Part shown: positions 42,097 to 52,873 of the stretch, piece after piece
How positions within the stretch are numbered: the first letter of the stretch is position 1
How the letters are laid out: each line of letters starts with the position of its first letter
Origin: an uncultured Verrucomicrobiae bacterium
Lineage (GTDB): Bacteria; Verrucomicrobiota; Verrucomicrobiia; Limisphaerales; Palsa-1400
Direction of reading: 5' to 3'
Assembly: GCA_963707025.1 (NCBI GenBank)
Contig: CAVPOM010000003.1
Coordinates: forward strand, 64,001-128,000
Length of the DNA: 64,000 nt
Notes under the pieces: model-generated
The model's database searches: none
The model's input: the letters and a program-made list of their open reading frames with translations, nothing else
Told to the model about the DNA's origin: nothing
Position numbers and translations under genes: made by a program

Positions 42097-42170
42097 ATTC
42101 TGTCTGGTTTGTTTTTTGACCCCCATTGTGATGGGGTCCGGAAAAGCTGAAGCGCGCTCGCGCCGTCACC

Positions 42171-44114
42171 TTATTTCTTCTCGTCCACCACTTCGGCGTC
42201 AATGATGGGGCCTTCTTCCTTGGCGCCGGCACCGGAGTCGGCGGACGCCCCGCCTTTCGGGCCGGAGGATTCTTTACCGGACCGCGCCTTGGCGGATTCG
42301 GCGGCGGCGGCTTTGTACATTTCGGCGGAGGCGGCCTGCCAGCCTTCGTTGAGCTTCTCGCTGGCGGATTTGATGGCGGCGATGTCCGAGCCTTTCAGGG
42401 CTTCCTTGACGGCGCCGGCGGCGCTCTCGATTTTTTCCTTGTCGGCAGCGGAGATTTTGCCGGCGTTGTCCTTGAGCATTTTTTCGCTGCGATAGACGGC
42501 GTTCTCCGCCTCGTTGCGGGCCTCGACTTCCTCGCGTTTCTGCCGGTCTTCCTCGGCGTGCAGCTCGCCGTCCTTGCGCATCTTTTCGATCTCGTCCTTG
42601 GACAATCCGCTGCTGGCGGTGATGGTGATCTTTTGTTCCTTGCCCGTGCCCAAATCCTTGGCGCTCACGTCCAGGATGCCGTTGGCGTCAATGTTGAAGG
42701 TCACTTCGATCTGCGGCACCCCGCGCGGGGCGGGCGGAATGTCCGACAAATTGAATTTGCCAATCGTCTTGTTGTCGCGCGAAAACTGGCGCTCACCCTG
42801 CAAGACATGGATTTCCACCCCGGGCTGGTTGTCCGAGGCGGTGGAGAAAATCTCCGACTTGCGCGTCGGGATGGTGGAATTGCGTTCGATCAGGCGGGTG
42901 AAGACGCCGCCGAGGGTTTCGATGCCCAGGGACAGCGGCGTCACGTCCAGCAAAAGAACGTCCTTGACCTCGCCCTTGAGCACGCCGGCCTGGATGGCGG
43001 CGCCCACCGCCACCACTTCGTCGGGATTGACCCCCTGGTGCGGCGGCTTGTTGACCAGCGATTCGGCGGCCTGCACCACCCGGGGCATGCGCGTCATGCC
43101 GCCGACCAGCACCAGCTCGTCTATTTTTTCCGCCGTCACTCCCGCGTCCTTCAAGCAGTTCTTGACCGGGCCGATGGTGCGTTCGAAAAGATTGTCGCAA
43201 AGTTGCTCCATTTTGGCACGGGTCAACTTGGCGCTGAGGTGTTTGGGGCCGCTGGCGTCGGCGGTAATGAAAGGCAGGCTGATTTCATAGACCTGCGCGC
43301 TGGAGAGGGCGATCTTGGCCTTTTCGGCTTCCTCCTTGATGCGCTGGAGAGCGTCGGGCTGTTTGCGCAAATCCATGCCCTGTTCGCGTTTGAACTCGTC
43401 CAGCATCCAGTCCATGATGCGGTTGTCCCAGTCGTCGCCGCCCAGATGGGTGTCGCCGTTGGTGGCCTTGACTTCGAAGACGCCGTCGCCGATTTCCAGC
43501 ACGGAAATGTCGAAGGTGCCGCCTCCCAGGTCATAGACGGCGATTTCCTCGTTCTTCTTCTTGTCAAGCCCGTAGGCCAGCGAGGCCGCGGTCGGCTCGT
43601 TGATGATGCGCAGGACCTCCAGGCCGGCGATGCGCCCGGCATCCTTGGTCGCCTGGCGCTGGGAATCGTTAAAGTATGCGGGCACGGTGATGACGGCCTG
43701 GGTGATTTTTTCGCCCAGCCGCATTTCCGCGTCCGCCTTCAATTTGGCCAGGATCATGGCCGATATTTCCGGCGGGCTGAATCGTTTGGTCTTGCCCTCC
43801 ACTTCCACTTCCACGGCGGCATCGCCGTTGGTGGCGCGCACGACCTTGTAAGGCACGCGCTTGATTTCCTCCTGCACTTCATCGAATTTTCGGCCCATGA
43901 ACCGTTTGATGGAGTAAACGGTGTTGCGGGAGTTGGTGACGGCCTGGCGTTTGGCGGCATCGCCGATCAGACGTTCGCTCGTCTTGGTGAAAGCGACGAC
44001 GGAAGGGGTGGTGCGTTTGCCTTCGGAATTCTCCAAGACAACCGGTTCGCCGCCCTCCATGACCGCCATGCATGAGTTGGTGGTTCCTAAATCAATTCCA
44101 ATTACTTTTGGCAT
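42171..44114 (-). CDS. dnaK: Molecular chaperone DnaK
   Basis: [18 protein letters not shown] and DLGGGTFD. Confidence 0.98.
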   Translation of the reverse strand: MPKVIGIDLGTTNSCMAVMEGGEPVVLENSEGKRTTPSVVAFTKTSERLIGDAAKRQAVTNSRNTVYSIKRFMGRKFDEVQEEIKRVPYKVVRATNGDAAVEVEVEGKTKRFSPPEISAMILAKLKADAEMRLGEKITQAVITVPAYFNDSQRQATKDAGRIAGLEVLRIINEPTAASLAYGLDKKKNEEIAVYDLGGGTFDISVLEIGDGVFEVKATNGDTHLGGDDWDNRIMDWMLDEFKREQGMDLRKQPDALQRIKEEAEKAKIALSSAQVYEISLPFITADASGPKHLSAKLTRAKMEQLCDNLFERTIGPVKNCLKDAGVTAEKIDELVLVGGMTRMPRVVQAAESLVNKPPHQGVNPDEVVAVGAAIQAGVLKGEVKDVLLLDVTPLSLGIETLGGVFTRLIERNSTIPTRKSEIFSTASDNQPGVEIHVLQGERQFSRDNKTIGKFNLSDIPPAPRGVPQIEVTFNIDANGILDVSAKDLGTGKEQKITITASSGLSKDEIEKMRKDGELHAEEDRQKREEVEARNEAENAVYRSEKMLKDNAGKISAADKEKIESAAGAVKEALKGSDIAAIKSASEKLNEGWQAASAEMYKAAAAESAKARSGKESSGPKGGASADSGAGAKEEGPIIDAEVVDEKK

Positions 44115-44155
44115 AAAATTCCTTGCTGTAATGTGCAATTCAGCAAGAATCTATG

Positions 44156-44171
44156 AGCAATCCCAGTGCCA
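44156..44171 (-). promoter_or_regulatory. Sigma54 (-24/-12) promoter of dnaK
   Basis: The minus strand reads TGGCAC-TGGGA-TTGCT with exact consensus spacing, about 40 nt upstream of the ATG. Confidence 0.8.
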
Positions 44172-44188
44172 CAGCTCAGCGAGTCATA

Positions 44189-44201
44189 TAAGTGGTTGAT
44201 A
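44189..44201 (-). promoter_or_regulatory. IHF binding site
   Basis: TATCAACCACTTA matches WATCAANNNNTTR and sits in an AT-rich tract just upstream of the -24 box. Confidence 0.65.
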
Positions 44202-44235
44202 ATAATATACTTATGTATTGTTACCCCACCAATGC

Positions 44236-44264
44236 TGACACAATGATAGAGACATTGTGGCGCA
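44236..44264. promoter_or_regulatory. Candidate enhancer (UAS) palindrome for a sigma54 activator
   Basis: CACAATG-N7-CATTGTG, located upstream of the IHF site. Confidence 0.45.
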
Positions 44265-44529
44265 AAGCGCCAGTTTAAGCCGCTTTCAAGGGCCAAAATG
44301 ACACATTCTGCGTTTATCGCTGTGGGTCAATTCCACGTCGTTGGGGCAGTTTAAGGAATTGTGTCGCCCTACATGAGGGTGGTAGGGCGCGCACTCCGTG
44401 CGCGCCGTGGCGGGCAACGGAGTGCCCGCCCTGCCAACTCATTCGGACAGATCACTGACGCATTACGAGAAATGTGAACTCCTGTTTTCACCCGGCTTGT
44501 CGCGTCGGACCAATCATCAATAGCAACAT

Positions 44530-46443
44530 TCAGGCGGCGTTGCTCTCCACATTCGCCGGGGTGCCTTGCTTGAGCCAGACCATCAGTATGCCAATGTCCG
44601 CTGGCGAAACGCCGGAGATGCGCGAGGCCTGGCCCAAGGTCGCCGGCTGGATTTTTCCCAGCTTTTGCCGCGCCTCGGTCCGCAAGCTGGGCACTTTGCT
44701 GTAATCCATCCAGCTCGGAATCTGTTTGTCTTCCAGGCTCTTTAGCTTGGCCACCTCGATTTCCTGGCGGGCGATGTAGCCCTCGTACTTGATGAAGATG
44801 TCCACTTGCTGAATGACTTCCTCCGACAATTCGGCATTCCGGTCTGGAAGATTGGCATAAACCATTTCCGGCCGCCGCAACAGTTGAGCCAGCGTATCGG
44901 CTCCAACCCGGGTCCTTTCCAGGCGCGCCAATTCGTTCTCGATCGCGGTTCGCTTGGCTTCCAACTTCCGGGCATGGCGCGATGGCAACAGCCCGATGTC
45001 ATATCCAAGACCTCCCAGCCTCAAATCAGCATTATCCTGCCGCAGAAGCAAACGATACTCCGCGCGTGAGGTGAACATGCGATATGGCTCGGTCGTCCCC
45101 TTCGTTACCAGGTCATCAATCAAGACTCCAATGTAAGCTTCGTTGCGCCGAAGAATGACGGGAGGCTTTTCCTGCACCCTCCGCACCGCGTTGATCCCGG
45201 CCATCAACCCTTGCGCCCCGGCTTCCTCGTAGCCCGACGTGCCGTTGATCTGTCCGGCCAGAAACAAGTTCCGGCAGACTTTCGTTTCCAGGGACGGATG
45301 GAGCTGCGTCGGGAACGCAAAATCGTATTCCACGGCATAAGCCGGCCGCATGATTTCGGCGTTTTCGCATCCGATAATCGTGCGGACCATCTCCATCTGC
45401 ACGTCGAACGGCAGGCAGGTGGAAAAGCCATTGACGTAGATTTCGTCGGTGGCTATTCCCTCCGGTTCCAGGAAGATCTGCTGTCTTTCCTTCTCCGGGA
45501 ACTTGACGATCTTGTCCTCAATGGACGGGCAATAGCGGGGGCCGATTCCCTCAATCACACCCGAATACATCGGCGATTTATGGAGGTTGGCCCGGATGAT
45601 CGCGGCGGTGGCCTCGGTGGTATATGTAATATAGCAGGGAAGCTGTCCGTTGATCCGACCCAAAATGGAGCCAGGCGGGTATTTGCCGTTGGATCCTGAT
45701 ATATCGCACGCCGGCGCCCCGGAATGTTCCACGTGGAACAAATCGTCTTTCCAGTAAGAAAACCAAGGCACCGGATCGTCGCCCGGCTGGACATCCGTTT
45801 TGGAAAAATCAATGCTCCGCCGCAACAACCGCGGCGGGGTTCCGGTCTTGAGCCGCCCCAATTCCAACCCCAGTTCCTTCAACGAACCGGATAGACTCAT
45901 CGCCGCCCCTTCCCCTGCCCGCCCACCCGATTGCTGATTTTGCCCGATATGCATCAGCCCGCGCAAGAATGTGCCCGTCGTCACCACCACAGTCGTGCCG
46001 TGATATTGCACTTCCATCGTGGTCTCCACCCCTCTGGCCTCGCCGTTGCGATGCAGGATTTTGGTGATTTGCCCCTGCTTGACATCCAGATTCTCCTGCC
46101 TTTCGCAAATCCATTTCTGCCGGAATTGATACGCCTTTTTGTCGCACTGCGCGCGCGGCGCCCAAACCGACGGCCCCCGCTTGGTGTTGAGCATGCGAAA
46201 TTGCAGCCCCGTCATGTCGGTCGCTTTCCCCATTTCACCCCCCATCGCGTCAATCTCGCGCGCCAGGTGTCCCTTGGCCAGCCCGCCAATGGCCGGGTTG
46301 CACGACATCTGCCCAATGGTGTCCGCATTGATCGTCAACAATAAAGTCCGGCAGCCCATCCGCGCCGCCCCCAGCGCCGCCTCCACTCCCGCATGGCCGG
46401 CCCCTATGACAATCACGTCATACTTCCTCGGATAAACAAACAT
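44530..46443 (-). CDS. mnmG: tRNA uridine-5-carboxymethylaminomethyl synthesis enzyme MnmG (GidA)
   Basis: GAGHAG, MSCNPAIGG, LKTGTPPR, GPRYCPSIEDK and AGQINGTSGYEEA. Confidence 0.97.
   Translation of the reverse strand: MFVYPRKYDVIVIGAGHAGVEAALGAARMGCRTLLLTINADTIGQMSCNPAIGGLAKGHLAREIDAMGGEMGKATDMTGLQFRMLNTKRGPSVWAPRAQCDKKAYQFRQKWICERQENLDVKQGQITKILHRNGEARGVETTMEVQYHGTTVVVTTGTFLRGLMHIGQNQQSGGRAGEGAAMSLSGSLKELGLELGRLKTGTPPRLLRRSIDFSKTDVQPGDDPVPWFSYWKDDLFHVEHSGAPACDISGSNGKYPPGSILGRINGQLPCYITYTTEATAAIIRANLHKSPMYSGVIEGIGPRYCPSIEDKIVKFPEKERQQIFLEPEGIATDEIYVNGFSTCLPFDVQMEMVRTIIGCENAEIMRPAYAVEYDFAFPTQLHPSLETKVCRNLFLAGQINGTSGYEEAGAQGLMAGINAVRRVQEKPPVILRRNEAYIGVLIDDLVTKGTTEPYRMFTSRAEYRLLLRQDNADLRLGGLGYDIGLLPSRHARKLEAKRTAIENELARLERTRVGADTLAQLLRRPEMVYANLPDRNAELSEEVIQQVDIFIKYEGYIARQEIEVAKLKSLEDKQIPSWMDYSKVPSLRTEARQKLGKIQPATLGQASRISGVSPADIGILMVWLKQGTPANVESNAA
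45725..45740. promoter_or_regulatory. parS centromere-like site
   Basis: Perfect 16-bp palindrome TGTTCCACGTGGAACA matching the ParB-binding consensus, inside mnmG. Confidence 0.8.
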
Positions 46444-46457
46444 GGCGCGACCCCTGG

Positions 46458-48047
46458 TTATTGGATCTGGTAAATGGCGTCGAACGGCGTTGTTCCAGCG
46501 GCCTTTTGCATCTTGCGCGCGCTGTTCGCCGAGAGATGCTCGCATATCTTAAAAACAGTCTCCAATTCTCGGCTCCCAATGCCGGCGGCGATTTCGGCGA
46601 CGGTCTGGGCCGTTTTCCTCTGCTTTAGAAGTTCGACAATCTTCAGTTGCAGAGCGATAACCGCTCCAGCCGCCTTCTTGCCCGCCTCAACCCCAGGTTG
46701 GTGATATGCGTTGATGTTGACCAGTGACCCATAAAAACCGACCGCCCTTTCAAACAGCGCGATCAAAATACCGACCGAAAACGGCGAAACGTCCTTTATC
46801 GTTAAAGTAACCGATTCCCGCCCTTTTTCATACAAAGCGCGGCGTGTTCCGAGCAAAAAACCCTGTAAATAGTCCCCTGACGTTACCTCATTTTGCACGA
46901 AAAATGGTGCGCCAACCCGGTCCACGGAAACCTCAATGAACGTTACAAAGAAGTTCTTGAGACCATCCCGAAGCTGCTGAACGTAGGCATGTTGATCGGT
47001 GGAACCCTTGTTTCCATAAACCGCGATGCCCTGATGCACAACTTTCCCGTCCAGATCACGCTCCTTTCCAAGTGATTCCATGACCAATTGCTGCAAATAT
47101 CGCGAAATCAGCTCCAACCGGTCTTTATACGGCAAAATGACCATATCTTTCGCTCCCTTGCCCTTGCCGGCATAGTACCACATCAGAGCGAGCTGTGCGG
47201 CCGGATTGACTTTAACGTTATTTATCCGCGTGATCTTGTCACATTCCATCGCTCCTCCAAGAAACGCATCAATATCGAATCCTTGCAGCGCCATTGGCAA
47301 CAGGCCCACATCCGAAGTCTCACTGGTCCGTCCGCCAACCCAGTCCCACATCGGAAACCGCGCCAGCCAATGGTCGGCCACCGCGACCTTGTCCAAATTG
47401 CTGTCCACCCCGGTCACAGCCGCGGCGTGCCGGCCGAAATCCAGGCCGGCCCGTTGATAAGCCGCGCCGGCTTCCAACATGCCATTGCGCGTCTCCTGGG
47501 TGCCGCCGGACTTCGATATGACCACGCACAGCGTTTCTCCAAGCCGCCCGTCCAGGCGCGACAACACCTTGTCCATGCCGTCCGGGTCCGAATTATCGAA
47601 GAAATGAACCGACATTTTGTCCGTGACCGGCTGGCCGATGGCATTGGCCACGAACTGCGGCCCCAAAGCCGAGCCGCCGATGCCGATGACCAGCAGATTC
47701 TTAAACGGCCCGCCCGCGCCGCGAATCGCGCCCGCATGGACCTGCCCCGCAAAATCCTTGACGGCCTGGATCGCGCCCTCGATTTCCTGGCGGATGGCGG
47801 CCTGCGGGGCCAGCGCGGGATTTCTCAGCCAGTAATGCCCGGCCATGCGTTTCTCATCCGGATTGGCGATGGCGCCCTGTTCCAGGCTGGCCATGGCGGC
47901 GAAAGCCTTTTCCATGCGCGGCTGCATCGCGTCAAAATAATCGTCCGGGAAATTCATCCGGCTGATGTCCAGGGCCAGGCCCAGGGCGGGGAATTGGGAA
48001 TAATACTTTTGGTATCGTTCCCACAACCGTTCAGGTGTCATTTTCAT
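46458..48047 (-). CDS. pgi: Glucose-6-phosphate isomerase
   Basis: [31 protein letters not shown] and QPGVEAGK. Confidence 0.96.
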   Translation of the reverse strand: MKMTPERLWERYQKYYSQFPALGLALDISRMNFPDDYFDAMQPRMEKAFAAMASLEQGAIANPDEKRMAGHYWLRNPALAPQAAIRQEIEGAIQAVKDFAGQVHAGAIRGAGGPFKNLLVIGIGGSALGPQFVANAIGQPVTDKMSVHFFDNSDPDGMDKVLSRLDGRLGETLCVVISKSGGTQETRNGMLEAGAAYQRAGLDFGRHAAAVTGVDSNLDKVAVADHWLARFPMWDWVGGRTSETSDVGLLPMALQGFDIDAFLGGAMECDKITRINNVKVNPAAQLALMWYYAGKGKGAKDMVILPYKDRLELISRYLQQLVMESLGKERDLDGKVVHQGIAVYGNKGSTDQHAYVQQLRDGLKNFFVTFIEVSVDRVGAPFFVQNEVTSGDYLQGFLLGTRRALYEKGRESVTLTIKDVSPFSVGILIALFERAVGFYGSLVNINAYHQPGVEAGKKAAGAVIALQLKIVELLKQRKTAQTVAEIAAGIGSRELETVFKICEHLSANSARKMQKAAGTTPFDAIYQIQ

Positions 48048-48269
48048 AGCGCCGCCCAAGATAACCGCAGCTCATCGGAAAGTCGAATGGTCTTGTTTTG
48101 CTGCCAGAGCGTTGCCTCACGCGGGACGGCCCATCGCACAAGGCAACATCCTCTCCGTCTGAAGCCGCGCCGGTTGCGAAAAGGGCGAAGTTGGAACCGC
48201 ATCGCAAAACTGCGCAGGCCGGGGAAAAAATGCCCGCGAAAAGGCGCGTCCGGCGCCGCAACCATAAAA

Positions 48270-48392
48270 GCTACCTCTGCAACACGCCTGTAGCGGCGGT
48301 CTATGACCGTCGCCATGCCGTTATTTCCCCTGGTTTGCGGCGGTCACAGACCGCCGCTACAACCGTGGAAGCGCGTTTTGCAGAGGTCTCTA
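48270..48392. repeat. MITE with …GTTTTGCAGAGGTCTCTA end and an internal GTAG-REP pair
   Basis: TGTAGCGGCGGTCTATGACCGTCG … CGGCGGTCACAGACCGCCGCTACA. Second copy at 30250-31900. Confidence 0.82.
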
Positions 48393-48757
48393 CAATAGTC
48401 TTGACAATATGAACAGGATTTTTCACCGCGAAAAACGCAGCGCGGAAAGCCCCGTCCGAATCCGGAACCGCCCCGCAGACCACGCCGATGAACGCGGCTA
48501 CAGCAAACTGTTTGCCTCGATCTCCGCCAAGCCTTTAACTTGACTGCCGCCGGTTCCCGGGCGAACGCTCCGCGCCATGCGGGAAGAAAACGATATTATG
48601 CGATTATGCGGGACTGACCCGAATGGCGCTTTACGTTACCGTTGTCCCGATCGGCAGGGGGATGAGCGGCGAGAATTTTGTCGAGACGGGCGGACAAGGC
48701 CGGGCCCAGCGCCGGGCGCTGGCGGGGTTTTTGGATCGAGCGCGCAGTTGGATTCTG

Positions 48758-49687
48758 TCAATATTGCGTCGGCAGTATCATATTGCCGAATCGAGAAGCA
48801 AAATTTGTTATCCCGCCCATCCAGGCAAAATCCCATACTGTTCCACTGATTCCTCCCGTATGCATGGTTTGGATAAGTTCCCAACAAGTGATCCAATTCT
48901 GAGGAGTTCCTGCTTCGTACGAAACGGAAATGGTCCCAAGATAGGTGTGGGTTGTGAGATCGTAACACCACATGGTTCCCGTCCCATCAACTACAGCATC
49001 CCAGAGGATACCGAGCATATCACCCATCGGCAAGTTAAAGTCAGCCGGCACACCATTTTGATAGGAGGTTGAATCTCCACCGGGTGAGTTTTCCACGTAA
49101 AAGCAATGAGTAGAACCATCTTGAATGCCCCATGTTCCTCCATACCCGTTCTCTGCTGACACACCGTTAATATCGTAGGGTTCATAACCGGTGCTGTTCT
49201 GAAACCAACAAATCGTAAATGTAGTAATCTCCGTAACGGGGCTATTAGTTGTACCTGGTGGCATGACCGCCAGGTGGAGAGAGGGAAAGTTCGTGCTGGT
49301 AATGACTTTGTACACATTACTTGACGTCCACGGCATATTTGTTCCCTGGATACGCGCATTAGCATAAGGAAAGAGTGAGGGAACATTGCTGTTTTGCATG
49401 ACACAGTTTGTCCAATCCGGAACTTGCCACACCCCGTCATGGTTTCCTTCGTAAATATCAAAAGGGGGCAATCCGCCTCCCTCTATGGTATTTTTATAAA
49501 CCTGATTGCTTCCCACATTTTGGCCATACGCGTTGGTGGACTGCCAACCTGGTTCCACCATCCAATCAAAATTGATGCTCGTGCCGGTTGCGGTTTTTGG
49601 AGCGCCATTAAGCCACATTGGCCGTAATTGGCCAAACGCCGATGCAGCGCAAAGGAAGCAAAAGATGATGGCTGTTTTGATTTTCAC
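48758..49687 (-). CDS. Hypothetical secreted protein (low GC)
   Basis: Signal peptide MKIKTAIIFCFLCAASAFG; start overlaps the upstream stop (GTGA); T/N/G/W-rich. Confidence 0.7.
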   Translation of the reverse strand: MKIKTAIIFCFLCAASAFGQLRPMWLNGAPKTATGTSINFDWMVEPGWQSTNAYGQNVGSNQVYKNTIEGGGLPPFDIYEGNHDGVWQVPDWTNCVMQNSNVPSLFPYANARIQGTNMPWTSSNVYKVITSTNFPSLHLAVMPPGTTNSPVTEITTFTICWFQNSTGYEPYDINGVSAENGYGGTWGIQDGSTHCFYVENSPGGDSTSYQNGVPADFNLPMGDMLGILWDAVVDGTGTMWCYDLTTHTYLGTISVSYEAGTPQNWITCWELIQTMHTGGISGTVWDFAWMGGITNFASRFGNMILPTQY

Positions 49688-52242
49688 CAGTTGGCTCCAT
49701 CATAGACTCCCGTCCATTCATTAGTCGGAGTATTCCACGCCCCCAGTTGCACGCCGGACGGGATGGAATTGGTGCCCAATCCGGGCACCGTAAAAATCGC
49801 ACCGGTGGTGTTCGTAAGGATTGCGCTTCCATTCACATTCTTGACAATCACCGTTATCATCTTGCCCACAGTGGTCAGGTCGTTGGTGATGAACTCGTTG
49901 GTCCCCCAGGCGAAAAGCACCGAGTCGGCCAGCGTGACGTTGTAGTTGTTTGTGATCCATTTGGTGGTCGTGACCATGTTGCCCGATTGCAAATTCGTGA
50001 AAAGCAAACCGTTGAGAGCTTGCGCGACCTGAGACACCAAATTGGAAAGTGCAGCGGGCAACGCGGCCGCGGGCAGGGTGCCGATGATCTTGTTGCCGCT
50101 AAGCGACGTAAGCCAAGCGGGATCGGAATAAGAACTGGTGTTATAAACGCCGTCGGACACGGTGGCGGCATTGCCCGTCAGGTTGCCATTGAAGGTGCCG
50201 TAGAAGATGTTCTCCGCATTGGTCGCCAGCGTCACTCCGGCGAAGGCGTTTGTTCCCGTGAAGGCATTGCCGCCGTTGAGCAAAGGAACATTGGTGGAGA
50301 GTTGGGCGTCGGCGAGGTTCCCGGCCAGGTTGGCGGCGGTGGTCGCCGTCGTCGCGTTGCCCGCCAGATTGGCCGTGATGGTGCCCGCCGAGAAATTGCC
50401 TGACGCATCGCGCTGCACAATCGTATTGGTAGTGTTGGCGCTGGTGGCGCCATTGGCCGCGCCGGCCCCGCTGGCCACACTGGCCGCCGTCTGGCCGCCC
50501 ACGGTGGAAACTACGGTTGCGTTCTGCGTCCCCGTCACGTCGCCGGCCAGCGATCCACAGAAATTATTGGCTGTTCCGGCCGTCGTGGCCACGGTCGCGG
50601 TGGTGGCTGTCGGAGCGTTGCCCGTCAGGTTGCCATTGAAGGTGCCGTAGAAGATGTTCTCGGCATTGGTCGCCAGCGTCACTCCGGCGAAGGCGTTTGT
50701 TCCCGTGAAGGCATTGCCGCCGTTGAGCAAGGGAACATTGGTGGAGAGTTGGGCGTCGGCGAGGTTCCCGGCCAGGTTGGCGGCGGTGGTTGCTGTCGTC
50801 GCGTTGCCCGCCAGGTTGCCATTGAAGGTGCCGTAGAAGATGTTCTCGGCATTGGTCGCCAGCGTCACTCCGGCGAAGGCGTTTGTTCCCGTGAAGGCAT
50901 TGCCGCCGTTGAGCAAGGGAACATTGGTGGAGAGTTGGGCGTCGGCGAGGTTCCCGGCCAGGTTGGCGGCGGTGGTCGCCGTCGTCGCGTTGCCCGCCAG
51001 ATTGGCCGTGATGGTGCCCGCCGAGAAATTGCCTGACGCATCGCGCTGCACAATCGTATTGGTAGTGTTGGCGCTGGTGGCGGCATTGGCCGCGCCGGCC
51101 CCGCTGGCCACACTGGCCGCCGTCTGGCCGCCCACGGTGGAAACTACGGTTGCGTTCTGCGTCCCCGTCACGTCGCCGGCCAGCGATCCACTGAAATTAT
51201 TGGCTGTTCCGGCCGTCGTGGCCACGGTCGCGGTGGTGGCTGTCGGAGCATTGCCCGTCAGGTTGCCATTGAAGGTGCCGTAGAAGATGTTCTCGGCATT
51301 GGTCGCCAGCGTCACTCCGGCGAAGGCGTTTGTTCCCGTGAAGGCATTGCCGCCGTTGAGCAAGGGAACATTGGTGGAGAGTTGGGCGTCGGCGAGGTTC
51401 CCGGCCAGGTTGGCGGCGGTGGTTGCCGTCGTCGCGTTGCCCGCCAGATTGGCCGTGATGGTGCCCGCCGAGAAATTGCCTGACGCATCGCGCTGCACAA
51501 TCGTATTGGTAGTGTTGGCGCTGGTGGCGCCATTGGCCGCGCCGGCCCCGCTGGCCACACTGGCCGCCGTCTGGCCGCCCACGGTGGAAACTACGGTTGC
51601 GTTCTGCGTCCCCGTCACGTCGCCGGCCAGCGATCCACTGAAATTGTTGGCTGTTCCGGCCGTCGTGGCCACGGTCGCGGTGGTGGCTGTGGCGGCATTG
51701 CCCGACAGATTGCCGTTAAAGGTGCCATTGAGATTCACGCTTATCGCATTATTGTTCGTCACGACGGCGCCCGGCAATTGAGCCAACCCCAGCGTGCCGC
51801 TGACATTGGCGGCCGCAACCGAGTTGGCGATGCCCGCCGCGCTCGCAAGCCCCGCATTGGACGCATAAATGGCGTAAGGCGTCGGCAAGATCTCTTGCAG
51901 TGGAGTTAACAGGGAAAAAGTGTCGCTGCCGTTTGTCCGAACGCCAATCTGGAGCCAGTTGCTCGTGCCCGTGAAGGCGCCCGCGCCAAAATCAATGGTG
52001 GTGATGAACAGTCCATTACTCACGGTCGTAGCCAGGTTGGTGATTGGGCCGGCCGTCGCCGTGCCGCCGCTGCTGTTGGTATAGAGGGTGAAGGTCAGGT
52101 CGTAAGTGCCATCAGCGGGCGTGCCCTTATCTCGAAGTTGGCCTTGGTAGGTGAATGCCGTTGTGCCTTGGGCGAAGGCGCGCTTATTATCGGCCAGTAT
52201 CAACACAGCCAAAATGGCGATGAGACGCGAAATGCTGTTCAT
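49684..52242 (-). CDS. Secreted repetitive fibre/adhesin-like protein
   Basis: Signal peptide, an AFTYQGQL…YDLTFTLY N-domain, long internal repeats and a tail-fibre-like C-terminus. Confidence 0.8.
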   Translation of the reverse strand: MNSISRLIAILAVLILADNKRAFAQGTTAFTYQGQLRDKGTPADGTYDLTFTLYTNSSGGTATAGPITNLATTVSNGLFITTIDFGAGAFTGTSNWLQIGVRTNGSDTFSLLTPLQEILPTPYAIYASNAGLASAAGIANSVAAANVSGTLGLAQLPGAVVTNNNAISVNLNGTFNGNLSGNAATATTATVATTAGTANNFSGSLAGDVTGTQNATVVSTVGGQTAASVASGAGAANGATSANTTNTIVQRDASGNFSAGTITANLAGNATTATTAANLAGNLADAQLSTNVPLLNGGNAFTGTNAFAGVTLATNAENIFYGTFNGNLTGNAPTATTATVATTAGTANNFSGSLAGDVTGTQNATVVSTVGGQTAASVASGAGAANAATSANTTNTIVQRDASGNFSAGTITANLAGNATTATTAANLAGNLADAQLSTNVPLLNGGNAFTGTNAFAGVTLATNAENIFYGTFNGNLAGNATTATTAANLAGNLADAQLSTNVPLLNGGNAFTGTNAFAGVTLATNAENIFYGTFNGNLTGNAPTATTATVATTAGTANNFCGSLAGDVTGTQNATVVSTVGGQTAASVASGAGAANGATSANTTNTIVQRDASGNFSAGTITANLAGNATTATTAANLAGNLADAQLSTNVPLLNGGNAFTGTNAFAGVTLATNAENIFYGTFNGNLTGNAATVSDGVYNTSSYSDPAWLTSLSGNKIIGTLPAAALPAALSNLVSQVAQALNGLLFTNLQSGNMVTTTKWITNNYNVTLADSVLFAWGTNEFITNDLTTVGKMITVIVKNVNGSAILTNTTGAIFTVPGLGTNSIPSGVQLGAWNTPTNEWTGVYDGANW
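50170..51730. repeat. Near-identical intragenic tandem repeats (447-bp units plus one 186-bp partial unit)
   Basis: Identical antisense ORF starts at 50207, 50654, 50840 and 51287 give spacings of 447, 186 and 447. Confidence 0.9.
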
Positions 52243-52873
52243 ACGATTATCTCCACTTTTCTCACCAAGCTGACGCACCATCGTGCCTAGAGGCGCGAAC
52301 TCAACGCCCTCCATCCGAGGCACCGCGACGCATCTAAGCAGAGAATCTGCCAGCCGTCGCCACAGTTAACTCTAATGTCTCCTTTCATATAAGTTTCACT
52401 TATTACACCCGCCAAAACGGCTAGTCGGTCAAGTCTAAAATGGCCGACAGGCTTCATGCATGGGCGCATCCCATTTTTTTGGGCAGTCGCTCTCATTTTC
52501 AATCTTAGTTCTAATCCAGATCTTAACCCATTCTGATTGCTAAGCCGCAGGGACAGATCCATCCCAAATCGTGTCCATTCGTCATACTATCGGCAGATGG
52601 GGGCCAGTGGTGAAGCCGCGCCTGGGAAAACTCTGTCAAGGAGTTCCGCTGACGCAGAAACCAGATGTGCTTCCTCAGCCGAATTCGCTGTTTTGCGAAG
52701 AAAGTGCAAGTGCCAGTTATCACTTGATAATCTCCCGGATTGGCTCCCGGCTTCGGGCAGATTTCGAAAGGGCGCTCCAACCGCTCGAATTGCCGGCGAC
52801 CAACTGCGCCCTCCGTGGCAATTCCACTTGCCAACCGTCCCGCTCATCCTGGAAAATTTTGCGCAGCGGGATT

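Noticed and set aside
50170..51730. Long regular repeats as a possible CRISPR array or DGR template/variable pair
   Set aside because: The units are 447/186-bp in-frame coding repeats with no unique spacers and no adenine-specific mismatch pattern. The nearby RT is a group II intron maturase with domains V and VI.
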